DNA of 60,047 bases, filler included, from Sluysia triapertura (GCA_046118255.1; 3 parts of 3 records of this genome joined end to end with filler, not necessarily neighbours in it), one strand, 5' to 3'; shown: positions 29,696 through 43,429, numbered from the whole stretch's first letter. The notes: generated by a model from the sequence alone, not told the origin. Program-made: numbers and translations.

Positions 29696-29838
29696 TGTTA
29701 GACTTCATAAAATGGACTGACCGGGGATCATCACTGTGCAGTTCGACTGCTCTACTACTGAGCTATCAGCCCCGTCTAACAATTTTATTTTTATACTCAA
29801 TTATACCAAGTGGCACATTAGGCTTTTTTACCCCAACA
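29696..29838 (-). mobile_element. Solo LTR-like repeat containing a tRNA-like sequence, copy 2, 4-bp TSD
   Basis: Same TG..CA ends and tRNA-like core as copy 1, with part of the T arm deleted. Flanked by CTCT at 29692-29695 and 29839-29842. Confidence 0.65.
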
Positions 29839-30669
29839 CTCTGACTGTTCAGATATGCACATTACTTTACTTATTTAATTATAAAAGGCAACTATGACTT
29901 AATTAATGAAATTCAATACTATTTCGACTGTAGTTCGTACAATCTGAAGTGAAAATCACGTAGAAACCGAGGAGTATAAGTGTGGCACTTGAGTCTGACG
30001 AGCTAGATCATACAGCCATAATGATAACTCTGACTTTAACCGTGCCAACTTGATTCATTTTTGAATTTTTGTTTTAAACGTTGTAGCTTTAGCAACTGCT
30101 TCACAGTTTCCAATGAATTTGACACATTACAGTATTTGTATTAAGAGTTGTTGACATTTTAAAAATTTTCTAACGCTATTGAAGAACTTTCTTGAATTCC
30201 GCGTAGCTTCTTTTTTTATTTTTTAATTTTTACCAGAATGACCTTGTAGGTATATAACACTACATAACAAATTTTCTTTTTAAAATTATGTTAGCAACAT
30301 AATTCTCAATAACATTAATATCAAATAAAATGTTTGATGATTGATGCTTTAATACTTGAAAATATAATATGTGAAAAAATTCATTTTAAATTGAGATTAT
30401 ATAGAAATAATTTGAAACCTAAATTTATAAACAATAAACTTCAATATTATGACTGATTGTGTAAATAAAATCTTTTTAAATTGAGATTATATAAAAATAA
30501 TATGAATCCCGATTTATGTAAATCACTTTGTCGGCTATAATTGAAAATATTTATATTTAAAATATATTGAAAATAAATATATTTATTATGAATATTTATT
30601 AACTATATTTTATTATTTAATTCGTCCTAATACGTTTAACAATATTTATTCTATTATGTATACTTATTA

Positions 30670-30685
30670 TTAATATTAATATTAA

Positions 30686-30737
<52 letters not shown>

Positions 30738-30762
30738 ATTATTATTATTATTATTATTATTA
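30670..30762. repeat. (TAT)n microsatellite at contig end
   Basis: Trinucleotide run ending at the N spacer. Similar runs at about 9590, 18655, 21195, 24190, 24710, 39110, 46635, 48985, 56610 and 59130. Confidence 0.95.
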
Positions 30763-30862
30763 NNNNNNNNNNNNNNNNNNNNNNNNNNNNNNNNNNNNNN
30801 NNNNNNTTAATTAATTAANNNNNNNNNNNNNNNNNNNNNNNNNNNNNNNNNNNNNNNNNNNN
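30763..30862. other. Artificial contig spacer N44-TTAATTAATTAA-N44
   Basis: Exactly 100 nt. The core puts stops in all six frames. An identical copy is at 46535-46634. Confidence 0.97.
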
Positions 30863-30935
30863 AAAATTCTGGGGGGTAAAATTACCCCCCAGGTTGACTA
30901 AAACGTCACAATTACATTCGGTTGACGGACAAAGG
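30863..30935. mobile_element. piggyBac-like transposon end, truncated by contig start
   Basis: Ends ...GACAAAGG followed by TTAA (30936-30939). Has the subterminal palindrome CTGGGGGGTAAAATTACCCCCCAG. Confidence 0.5.
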
Positions 30936-32357
30936 TTAAATATAATCTCAACAGCTAAAATAAAGAAAAACATATTTTGAATGGTGAAGATTGTATAATA
31001 AAAGAAACTAGAGGATACACTAAACAATATGAATTTATTAAAAATGAATACCAATAAATTAAATTAATTAATAAATTACTTGGTATTGATAATAATAGAC
31101 ATATTAAAAACTGCAAATTGCGACGGAAACCGATATTTTAAAACACAACGCTGTCTACTTATTAAGCCATTTGAATTAAATTTTATAAATGTTATATATA
31201 TCTAACATTCGTACACTGTAGAAATTTTTCTACACATTTTTTAATTGTAGTTGTGGTGGTCAACTTTTTCACTTAAAATTCAAATTACCACTTTAAATGA
31301 ATTATTATATTTTCTTACATTTTTACATACTACTTTTTCGGATCCATTAAAACATTTCACAACCTTACAACATTAAAATCATACTTACATTCAAAACCAT
31401 TAATGTACATTTCAAATTTCATTTAAAATATTTTTAATTCACAATTTCACAATATTAGAATCACAATTTATATCTCAAATTACCAAATATGCATTTCAAA
31501 ATTAATTCAAAACATTTCCAGTTCACAATCCTTCAACACTTAATCATTAACATCAATGAAAAACAGTAAATTCACATTTCAAAATCACTTTAAAACACTA
31601 TAATCAAAATGTAATATCTTTAACATCTTTAGTTAAGTATTATTTTTTTATGTACATCTTGTATTCATTTCTTTTAATACCCTTACCACCACCATGTTAC
31701 CTTTTATTGCTGAGTCAACATTATCTTAATACAATAAGAAAAATAACCATTCTTTATTCAAATAGCACAATAAGAAAATTACATTTAATAAAACAGATTA
31801 AAGAAATTAAATTCAAAGAATTTTAATTATTTTTTATTTTTTCCAAAGAAAATGAAGGAAAGAAAAGAATTTTATGTACAAAGAATTAGAAGAATCAGTT
31901 TATGTGTTTTATCTTTATGCATATTATTATTATTATTTTGATGACTTTTATTATCATTATATGATTATCATTTTTGTTGACGACATTATGATCATTTTGG
32001 CACTTAATTATCATTTTCAATTCATAGTCTGTCACCAGTTGACTGTTTAATTAAATACATTTCAACATATTTTGTTAACAGTCGACTTATGATAGCTGCT
32101 TTGTGCATCAATTTAATATTTACTATTACTTTGGCTTTAGTTCGATTGGACGTCCAATTATTGCTATTTCTGTATATTATAATTTCTTATTTTTTGGACG
32201 CCCAATCACGAATAAGGTGACAGTTTTACTACTTGTGACTAAAAATAGTGGAAATACAAATTTGAAAGTCGCAACTAAAAAATAAAATACTCCAGTTAAA
32301 AAGCACGCTCTAAAAATTTGTACTATAATACAAGACGCAATTAAAAATGTAAAATAA

Positions 32358-32786
<429 letters not shown>

Positions 32787-32974
32787 TGTTTAAAGAAATT
32801 TTAATTTCACAATCGCAACAATGTATGATTAATACAAGTGAACAACAAAACAAATACAATACAATGGTCGGTTTAAGCAACCGCAAAAAAGATATTCTTA
32901 GATCAACATTTACTAGTTCAAGTACAACTTTTATACATACACGTTCGGCACAATGTACTTTCCAAACAAATGAA

Positions 32975-34920
32975 TTAGGAATGTAAAGATGGCCGGGGTT
33001 TGTTATTAAAATTAAAATAAGATTTATGTTTATTAATTATTCTTTTAAAATAATTAACATTTAATAATCCTTCGTTATTAAAAATTATTAAAGGAACATA
33101 AAGAACAACGTTGTTATATTTATATACAGAATCAATATCAGAGTTTAAAATACGCAAAAGTTTATAAAATTGTAAAAATTTAGGCCTCAAAAGACCATTC
33201 ATTCCATGAACATCAAAGAGGATATTGAAGAGTGGATGATTTGAATTGCAAGTATAATCAGTTGTCGAATGAGGGATTGATGACTGACGTTCTGTTCTAC
33301 CAACAGGCCCCAGTGAAACTTCAAGAATTTCCAGTGAAACTTCAAGAATCCGGTCATGATCAGGGAGAATACTCTGAGTCTGTATCAAAAATTCGTGTAA
33401 TACTAAGTCTAGATTTACATCATGAAGAATTTTTAAAATTTGAACACAGTATCATAATATTTTGAAACAATTCTAACTGGTAAATATTATTATAATAAAT
33501 AAGATTACAGAATGAATCTTGGGAAATAGTTTCGTCAGGTAAGTGATTTATATCATGCCACTGTTTATTTAATTGACTTAAAATATTAATCATTCCATCT
33601 ACAATTACTTTAACTTCACTAACATTCTTGTCATTAAGATCAATTACAAATTCAAGCATATATTCGTCGTCATAAATTGGATGGAATGATTTAATTGAAT
33701 CATTAAAAAAATCAAAACTATAAAATTCATTATTATAAGTTAAAAGAAACAAATTAATTAAATGACTAAAAAAATCAAAATTGTAACTTAATGTTCTTTC
33801 AATAAAAATCGCACTCAACAAAAACATATGACGGTGAGGTGGAACCTCAACCGCGTAACAAAAAGAAGATAAATCTAATGAATGTCTAGCAGTTGGTATC
33901 TCATCTTCAAACCAACTTCTTTGAACGTGGATTAATTTAAAATTCACATGATTTTTATCTGATACATGAGTTAATGTGACAACAGTGGATTCACTTATAA
34001 ATCTCATCATATGTAAGTCGAGAATCCGGCAGACGTTCTTAGTTGCATGTTGCTGAGAATCATTAATGTAAGTAGGTATCATTACAACTACATACTTAAG
34101 ATCTGCACTAAAGTATTTTAAAATATAGTATTTACGATACATTACAACTACTTCATCTTCACAGACATAAAAATAAAAATTAAGTGTTTTTACCGAAAAA
34201 TAAGCTTTATAAAAATTAGCAGTATCATAAAAATCAATATAATAAGTCAAGACATCACTAGTAAATTTACAATCTAACGAATTAGTTCCATCAGCCAAGG
34301 TGAGCGTAAAATCGCAATGACTATCAGGCTCTGTTTCTCGAACTCGGTAAGTACGTCTCAATTCATTTCCCACACAACAGTGCTCAACATTTACAATATA
34401 CGAGAATGGTTCTTCTAATAAGCCATAATTATGCAAACAAGGTCTTTCTGCATAATCTGACATGAACAAAACTTCATCATTATAATCAACAAAACATTCT
34501 GTTACATCATCTTTTATTCGAAACAAGGTATCGATAGCAATCAATGATTCGCCGTCTGACTTTTCATTACTATCTTGTCGTAGTATTTCTCGGGTAACTA
34601 AGTGAATAAATTTAACCTTCTCGAAAGGAGTTTTAGCTTCGTATTTCAAATCAGAATCGCACTTTCTATCTAAAACGGTTTTTCTCTCTATGTCGGGACA
34701 TTCGAATTTCAAAATGCTAATAGCTGGACATTTTAAAAGATCAACACTTAACATTCTGTACATGTTGTGCACTAAGTCTGTCAAATCTCCTTCGTCGTTT
34801 AGTTGTTCTGATAAAGTTTTAAATAACATTTCTATCGACTCATTAAATGACTGTGCTTTTAGCAATTAATCAGCTTCATCTAAAACAATGTATCTGGTTC
34901 TGCTCATTGAAATAATGCGC
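32975..34920 (-). pseudogene. Long intronless orphan ORF preceded in frame by a DEAD-box motif II fragment, disrupted
   Basis: RIISMSRTRYIVLDEAD*LLKAQSFNESIEMLF leads into the 481-aa ORF (34865-33420). One frameshift near 33450 would continue it into ORF 33388-32975. An in-frame 21-nt tandem duplication lies at 33310-33349. Confidence 0.6.
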
Positions 34921-35179
34921 TAAAATATCTGAATTTTTGAAAAGTATTTTTAGAACCCTAAGGTTACTAAAAAAAGTACAATATCACTAAAACATAAATT
35001 AGCAAAAATTAAAACAAAAAATACCTGCAATAAAATAAATAATAAAAAATAATGATAATAATAATCATAATAAATAATCATAAAATAAATAATAATAAAA
35101 AATAATGATAATAATAATCATAATAAATATAATTAATAATAATAATAAAAATTGATAATAAAAATAATAATAAAATATA

Positions 35180-35890
35180 ATGCAACGATTTAGTAATGTC
35201 TTCGTTAAAGTTATACTTTTTAAACATCAAATCGAACATTTCCATTAATTTTAAAACAGAAACATCCGTTTTTACTTTCAGATCTGAAGCACTTTTAATG
35301 ATGCTCCGGCAATTGTCAGTGTTAAAAAAATGTCTATATCTTCAATCAATTTATCAATTAAAACAATTTCCGTAATTGGTATTGAGGTATCAGTAATTGT
35401 GGTTATTTCATAAACTTTCAATATTTAGAAATCGGACATACCACCAAATTATGAATAGAATGTATACCGAAACTAAAAAGGTTTCGAAGTACCACATTAA
35501 CGTATAAAACTAAAGTGCATGTGTTTCTTAAGACCATAAATGATACAATATAAAATTTTATTATATTGTAATACTCGGAAGTACATTTTAATATAACTAG
35601 AGTTAACTTGTACAATTTATCAATTTAACTTATACAATAAAACAAAATATTCTAGCTACACATTTTCAGCGAACACTTGAAAATCAATTTTTCGTAAGCA
35701 TTTAAATATTTGAATATGTCCAATAGGTGGTTGAATAACAATACAATAAATTACTCCTAAAAAAATAAATAACTGAAATGAAGCATATATATTCAACTAA
35801 ATTTATAATTCGAATGTTACAATCAATCCATAACCAAAAACCACGATGCATTGCGTCTCTAAATTTTCTTAAATTATTTATTAAATTCAT
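35180..35890 (-). pseudogene. Decayed intronless coding-like segment
   Basis: Protein-like blocks across frames (MNLINNLRKFRDAMHRGFWLW..., ILKVYEITTITDTSIPITEIVLIDKLIEDID, VKTDVSVLKLMEMFDLMFKKYNF) with stops and frameshifts. Confidence 0.3.
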
Positions 35891-36236
35891 TTTATTTGTT
35901 TAGGATTCATTTAAAATAAAACATTGTTCCAAAGAAAAAAGAGTTTGAAAATAGAGCTATAGAATCATATTAAAGTATAAATTTTTATAATAAAATAGAA
36001 GGGGTGTAATTTGAATGAAGTTCCATAAAGTTGAATAAGAATAAGGCTTAATTACACAAAATTAATTAAATGTCTTACATGATCGTCATTCTTATCTCGT
36101 TATAATTAGATAATAACTTATTTATTATAATGATATAAGAAATTATAATGATAATAATAATTATCCGAATGAATCGATTGAACATATGTTACTACTTTTG
36201 TTTTGTTTTAAATAATACGTCTTTTTCATAATTCAG

Positions 36237-36367
36237 AATCCATTCACGGGACCTGGACGATACAACGAATGCAACATCGAAAATCTGTACGATAAACCTT
36301 CTGCGCAATGTTCCTTCAAGAATTCGTACGTCACATTCCATGTTGGAGAGAAATATCGAGCGATCAT
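36237..36367 (+). CDS. Isolated internal exon, possibly an ODF3/STPG (PGP-repeat) ciliary protein
   Basis: TTCAG acceptor and GTTAGT donor, locally GC-richer. Frame 0 reads NPFTGPGRYNECNIENLYDKPSAQCSFKNSYVTF. A second frame is also open. Confidence 0.35.
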
Positions 36368-36406
36368 GTTAGTACTACGCTGTATATACATAATTCATAT
36401 TTTATA

Positions 36407-37141
36407 CGGGGTGTCCCAAAAGTAACCGAATCGCAATCTTAAATAAAAATTAGATATCAAAAACAACAAATTATTAAGTATATTTAGTATTTACAAATGT
36501 TCTTGAACTTCAATATAGCACGATATTTTTGACAACACTTTCTACCAAGTTCCATTTGTGCTGAATACTTTGTTTTAGTTGATCAATTGACCCAGGCTTT
36601 TTAGTATAAACTGCGTTCTTTAGAACTCCCCATAGAAAAAAATCAGGCGGTGTCAGATCCTGGGATCTGGAAGGCCATTCGATTGGTCCTCGATGTCTAA
36701 TCCAACATCCAGGAAATGTTTCATCAAGCCATTTTTGAATATCTTTGGTGAAAATGAAGATCACCGAAATAGGAGAACTCATTAACAATAGGAAACACTT
36801 TAGTCTTCGAAGAAGAATGGGCCAACTAGGCCAGTGCAGTGGATTCTAGCCCTGACTTCAGGAACATTGACTTCCGTTTCAGTAATACGATGGGTTTCTC
36901 AAAGTCCCAATAAAATGTGTCTGTTAAAATGCCCATTCAGTTTGAAGCGTGCTTCATCACTTCATAAGATGGAAAATTGCACAAAATTCTAATTGTTTAT
37001 CGGGGTCATTCTCATTTAGGACATGAAGAAGAATAGTAGCGAAGGTAACATAAAATGACATAAAAGAAGAAATTACATTTGCCGTTTTTGATATCTAATT
37101 TTTATTTAAGTTTGCAGTTCGGTTGCTTTTGGGACACCGTG
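36407..37141 (-). mobile_element. Internally deleted Tc1/mariner-superfamily transposon with both TIRs
   Basis: TA|CGGGGTGTCCCAAAAGTAACCGAA ... TTCGGTTGCTTTTGGGACACCGTG|TA. Minus strand has SDEARFKLNGHFNRH and WLDETFPGCWI..RGPIEWPSRSQDLTPPDFFLWGVLK. Confidence 0.9.
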
Positions 37142-38169
37142 TATAAATTGATAGTTGCTGAAAATATCTTTCTTATAAAATATCAAATGTTATAGAAATA
37201 TTGTTGCAGTACTTAGCGAGGGGGTTCAAATAATAGACAGTTTTTATCACTACTCTACTTTGACTGTTTATCCCACTTTAGCGGTTAATAATTATAACAA
37301 ATTATTACTTATATGAAATTACTCACAACAATTTAAAAAATTTTATATTACTCTATGGTTAGTAGAACCATTTAATAAATATTTAATTCACTTATCTATC
37401 CAAATCTTTTTCTCAATAATCAATAATAAATTCAATTAATTACAAAATTAAAGCTAGACACAACATTTAATCGTTTAGCTCTCATTTAATCGAGCGAAAT
37501 AAATTTATAAACTGCTTTTATCGTGTATTTTGCGTTTCACTAGGTGAACCATCTTATAAAATATTAAACTTACAGTAAAATTAAAGAATAACATTTTTAA
37601 ATTCAAGACTGTGATAGTACAGCTGATGAATTTGCAAAACAAGTATCATGCAATTCTTAATTGTGAAATACTCAGTCGCATCCGATCTGGGAATTCCGTA
37701 TATGCGTAACAGTAAAACAAAACTTTCTCATTTAAATGAATTAATAATTTATTATTTACTTACATTTGATTTTTATAAATATTTATTTATTATCTACTAT
37801 TTTTAATGAGTAGATAATTTTTGACTAAAATTAGTTTATTATTATTATTATTTCTCAAATAAGGTTGTAATATCATCGTCCTAATACAACATAATGTTTC
37901 TTTTGAATTTCTTCTGATGAATAAAATACAATACATTACTCTTCCGACTACCATGTGATCTAGCAGGTCAGTTTGTAGGAGGCACTAATATAAGACTATC
38001 GACGAAATTATTTGAGTCAGATTCATCAGGTACTAGAGAAGTAATAGTTCTTGAAGATCGTTTATGCGACTAATACTATTTCTATATATTGTCAATTTTC
38101 TTCATTTCTGACGAATCATTAAATTAATGAATTATATTTGAATTTTGATTCGTTAATGCTTTTAATTGT

Positions 38170-39109
38170 TTTAATAATAAAATACTATTTTATATTGCCC
38201 TCATATCTACTACAAAGTAAGTACTCAAAAGCGCTTAAAATAAATCATTCATTATAATATTTCTGAAACAGAAACAACTTTGCCTTTTTCTTAAAATATT
38301 TGACATTCTCTAGTAGTACTGGTTGTATTTTTTGAAACATAAACGGTATACAACTTATCATCTAGCTCTTATTATCACCATGGATTCTGTATAGATTATT
38401 ATATCTCAATGAAATATTCATCTTGGTTTCCAAATTTTTTATTATTTCTAAAAGATATTCTGGACTTCCATAATCTAAGCATTTGTAAATTTTTGTCATG
38501 ATTTTGAATTCTATTCTTGCTGTTATTGGCAATCAATGTAATTCTTTAAGATAAGGTGTTACAATAGATCTTCTTCACACTTAAAGAATATTAGTCTTGC
38601 TGCTTGATTAATTATTAATTGTAATTTTTTCACTTTTCTATATGAATTTGAGTTCAATATACCATTATTAGTTATCAATGAATGAACAATTAATAAATTT
38701 TCGAATATATTTTCTTTAAATTTTGAATCCATATAATCGCATCGACAGTGATAATAAGAGCTAGGTGATAGGTTGTATAGCGTTTATGTTTCAAAAAATA
38801 CAACCAGTACTACCAGAGAATGTCAAATTACTGGAAAAGGGCAAAGTTATTTCTGTTTTAGAAATATTATAGTGAATGATTTATTTTAAGCGCTTTTGAG
38901 TACTTACTTTTTAGTAGATATGAGCGCAATATAAATTAATATATTATTATAATTAATAATTAATCAAACAGCAAGACTAATTCTCCAAGTGGGAAGATCA
39001 CATTGGTTGCCAATAAAAGCAAGAATAGAATTCAAAACCATGACAATAATTAACAAATGCTTACATTACGGAAGTGCTGAATATCTTTTAGAAATAATAA
39101 AAAATTTGG

Positions 39110-39159
<50 letters not shown>

Positions 39160-39190
39160 AATAACAATAATAATAATAATAATAATAATA
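38170..39190. mobile_element. Cluster of three L2 LINE 3' fragments (one minus, two plus)
   Basis: About 38170-38700 (-), 38745-38960 (+) and 38965-39110 (+, HWLPIKARIEFKTMTIINKCLH), followed by (AAT)n. Confidence 0.8.
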
Positions 39191-41144
39191 GCAATAGCAT
39201 TACATATTAAAACTAGTAATAAAATTTTTGAAATTGAAAAACATTTAATAGAAATTCTAATAAAAATATAATCAATTATTAATAAACAAATAATACAGTT
39301 TTATGTTTGCGTTTGCGTGATTAGCTTGCTGACACAATAACAAAACTTACGAAATAATTTTGTTATTAATAAACAGTACTCTACTATTTCTCGATCTGTA
39401 ATAACAATAATTTACTAGAACGACTAGAAATTAAATTCTGATGATCTCATCTAAAGAAAAAAGATAGGATCAATAATTCGAGAAATCTAATTTTTCATTG
39501 TGGTCTTTTCGTAAGTTTTATTAATGAAGGTTGTTCTAATGTAATATTAGAGATAAAATCATAAATTATAAATTATAAACATAATAAACCATGTTAATAA
39601 TATAAATTAATTATTATATTTATTATTATTAACTGGTCGACGTTAATCATTAATTACACGTTTATTACAGTTGTTTATTGATAACATTTCAATTAATTTA
39701 TCACAGTAGTTTATTTATAATATTTCCATTTAGTAATTTTAATTATTTCTTGAATCATTACAATTATTTATCTGTAAACTGTGTTATTATCATTGTACAT
39801 TCGTAACGTCTCATTTGTATATTATAATAGTTGCGAATATGTATTGGTTTTGCTGATTGTTTTTTAACATATAAATAGAGATTAAGTGTATATATTAATT
39901 AATTGAATAATTAAATAATAAAGCTAATGCAGTTTAGCTTGCGCAAAGTTTTTTAAAGTGAAATTGACACATTACTCCACCAAGTAATATATCTGACCAA
40001 ATTTAAACGTTTGCAAAATATTAAATACAAACATTTCTGTATTAAAAGAAACCCTATCGGTATCCCAAGGAGATTTATTTATTCAAGTAGTAGCAAAAGT
40101 ATAAATTAAATTGCATAAATAAACCCTCAGATTAAATTTTTCTTACCACCTCAAAGGTACGCATAGGCGAACTTGATCTTAAGATTATTTTGAGTCGTTT
40201 ATAAAACGTTACTTTCAGTACGTAGACAATTAATACATTCTCTTTTAGAAAACATGAAATACAAAGAAAAATGATGAATGCAAATAACACCGATAGATAC
40301 CTAGGGTCTTTAGTGGAAAGATACGATGAACGATCCAACTCTCTAATTGTAAATAAAAAGAATCTGAGATTCATTAAACTTTTTCCAACTTTTCGAATGA
40401 TTACTTAAATAAAACAAAAATACGATCTTCTCCTTTTTTCTTATTTTAAAATTAATTCACTTTATGATCTGAATTCTTATCAATTTTTTCATCTTTTTGC
40501 AAAATTCACTACTACAAACATAAAATATAACTACTATCAAATTTGGGTGACATGCTCACTAATTCTTGCCAAACAAATTTAATACTTCGAGATAAATTTG
40601 TTAGGACGTTAAAATTCCACATTGAATTAATGATAATAAATTATAAATAATTCCATGATAATTATCAAAGTGTAATAATAAAAGATTTTAAACATTAATA
40701 ATGCGAAGTAATGATAATAGAATTTTAGTGTCACATCTTTCGATATCATATCCATCGTTAATTGACATTTGCCAGCAACATTAATATATAATAAGCTTAC
40801 TTAGTCAGCATAATCACAATTGGTGAAACAATAAATTTTAACAGTGCTGTAACAATTCACAATTTCAATGTCCATATTTATACAAATTAATTAATAATGT
40901 TACAAAATTATTGTTTGCTCTTTAATTGCAAATACAAGCCATTCTAAGCATCTTCTAAAGGCGATAAAAATAGAGTTTGCGATTGTATATTTTTGATCCG
41001 TTAGTTTATTTTATAATAAGTTAGATTTGTTAAGGAGTCTCAAAATCACTCAAATACACATAATTTCTAAGCAACTTTAAAGGTTACTTCTACTAAAATA
41101 GTTAATATTGTTATTAAGATTTGAGATCTTAATAAATGACTGCA

Positions 41145-42500
41145 TATACACCCTGTTTCAAAGGTATAGGATACCCTGTATTTTTTCTGTATACACAGAC
41201 ACAATTTATATCGTAAAAAATTAACAATAATATTTAATAAATAAAACACAAAAAACTATTACTTATTTATATTTTCAAATTTTAGTACACTTTTAATTAC
41301 TATATTGCATTTAGTTAAATAAATTTCGTTTCAAAAATATAAGACACATTATACAAACTTTTATCTAAGATAGTGTGCAACTTATTGTACAAAATTAATA
41401 TTTTATTAATGTTCCTGAGTTTTTCAATACATACACACCTTTGTCATCGAATTAATCAATGTATTTACACTTTTTATTTCAAAATTTCCCAAGCATCCAA
41501 TATTGCATTTTTTAACTGAAAATAGGGGAAAGTAATGCAAGTATTGTCAAAAATTTAAATAGATCAAGACATGCGATATCCAATTATTTGGATAATAGTT
41601 TTAAAAGCAATGGAAACAAAAAGGCACTTTCTAATCGACAGAAAATGAGTTTAATAAGGTATGCGAAAAATATAATATTGTGTACAACTCACATAATGTC
41701 AGATTTAGAGCTAAAATGTAGTAAAATAACAATATAGAGAATATTAAATTCATTAAAATGCCATCTACATCTCCAATTACTGCTGCTCATAAAGAATTAA
41801 CTTTGCCGAAAATCATATTAATAACTGGACCAAGATAATATTCTCAGATGAGGAGGATGGTCCAGATGGTTATAAATATTATTGACATCATCTAAAGGAT
41901 TCAAAATAAATATTTTTTAAGAGAATTTGTGATGGAGGATCAGTTATGGTGTGGGTTGCCAAAATTTATGATAACATGCTAGCTTTACAACTCTTAATGG
42001 TGATAAGTATCAATGTCATCTTTCACTAGGATAACGCTCTTTGTCATCGATCTAAAACTACACTTAATAAGTTCAGTGAAGATGTTAGAGTGGCCAGCAA
42101 GATCTCCTGACCTCAAGCCAATAGAAGATTTATGTTTCAATTATCCTTTTAGGTGCACAGTCAAGGAAAAGAGCATAAAAATAAGAGTATATCTGAATTA
42201 AAAAAATGCAATATTGAATGCTTTGAAAAAGATTGAAATAAAAAGTGTAAATACACAAAAAGGTGTGTAGATGTATTGAAAAACCAGGGAACATCAATAA
42301 AATATTAATTTTGTACAATACGTTGTATAGTCTCTTAAATAAAAAGTTTGTATAATGTGTCCTATTATACTTTTGAATCGAAATTTATTTAACTAAATGC
42401 AATATAGTGTAATTAAAAGTGTACTAAAATTGGAAACTATAAATGAGTAATAGTTTATTCGTGTTTTATTTATATGCAGCAAAAATAGGGGGTGCCCTAG
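41145..42500 (+). mobile_element. Tc3-like transposon relic with long inverted ends
   Basis: WTKIIFSDEE/DGPDGYKYY...GGSVMVW and MLEWPARSPDLKPIEDL match Tc3-type transposases. About 41150-41525 is an inverted copy of 42190-42500. Confidence 0.85.
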
Positions 42501-42689
42501 ATTAATTAATCTTCTGTTCATTTAGATGTATCAAATGCGTTTCTCATATTTCTGTATGTTTCATTTTTCCCGCAATTCATCCTTGTCGAAGAAGTCGTAC
42601 GGTTTGTGCAGTGTAGATAATATTAATTTAAATATTAATTATTAAATATTAATTTCGTATAAATATGATTTACAAAGAATTATTCAAAT

Positions 42690-43330
42690 AACAAATTATT
42701 TTCCACACGACCTTACCCAAGATAAATTTTAAAGAGATCATTTTCGACAAAAACATTCAAAACATCCAAAGACAGATCGACTTTAAATATTCGTATCAAG
42801 TGTTTCCAATCTTCGACGAGATTTCTGTCATCTAAGAAGCCAAATTATTAGACTGAAACAGGAAAAATATGGTTTTCTTTGGTTTTCTTAATATTTGCTA
42901 CCCTGGACTTGGAAGCTCTCTAGACATGAATCACGTAGAAAATTTGTGGGAGATTATCAAAAGGAGAGATTCTATCCATAAACCAACTTATTGAAACCCT
43001 GATAAAAGTACGGCATCACGATGACGAGATCAAAGACTTGTGTCCAAGCTCATCCGTGGCATGCTTTTAAAGATCAGCAAATTATTGGATAACAAAGGAT
43101 GGCAAACAACAGTTGTATAGTGATACAACAGTTTGTACATATTTGATTGTAGTAAATTGTGTTATCACATTTTACATGAATGAAATTTCTCTATGTTTTG
43201 GATCTCAGTATTATTATTATTATTTTAGTTTCACCAGAATTTTTTGGAGAAAGTAGTTGTTTTCCAACATTTTACATTTTCCGCGACAATGTTTTTATAC
43301 ACATTTGAATAAAAGTTTCATAGTATCCTT
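42690..43330 (+). mobile_element. Tc1-like transposon 3' remnant
   Basis: SLDMNHVENLWEIIKRR. Same family as 23020-23560. Confidence 0.7.
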
Positions 43331-43429
43331 GAAAAATGTTGAATTTTATCACAAAAAGGTCGTCTTTAGTATGATAATTTGACCACCACACTGTATAATA
43401 ATAAGTAGGCAAGTAAGAAATATGACTTA

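Noticed and set aside
29083-29838. Both tRNA-LTR copies as one complete TRIM, or as functional tRNA genes
   Set aside because: The outer flanks (GTAG vs CTCT) do not match, there is no clear PBS/PPT between them, and copy 2 has its own TSD. The anticodon arms are disrupted.
34860-34880. Alternative genetic code (TAA=Gln) suggested by DEAD*LL and other in-frame TAAs
   Set aside because: The intact PTP and SAM-gene exons have no internal stops, the SAM gene ends in TAA, and the broken ORFs also carry TGA/TAG and frameshifts. Pseudogenisation explains it.
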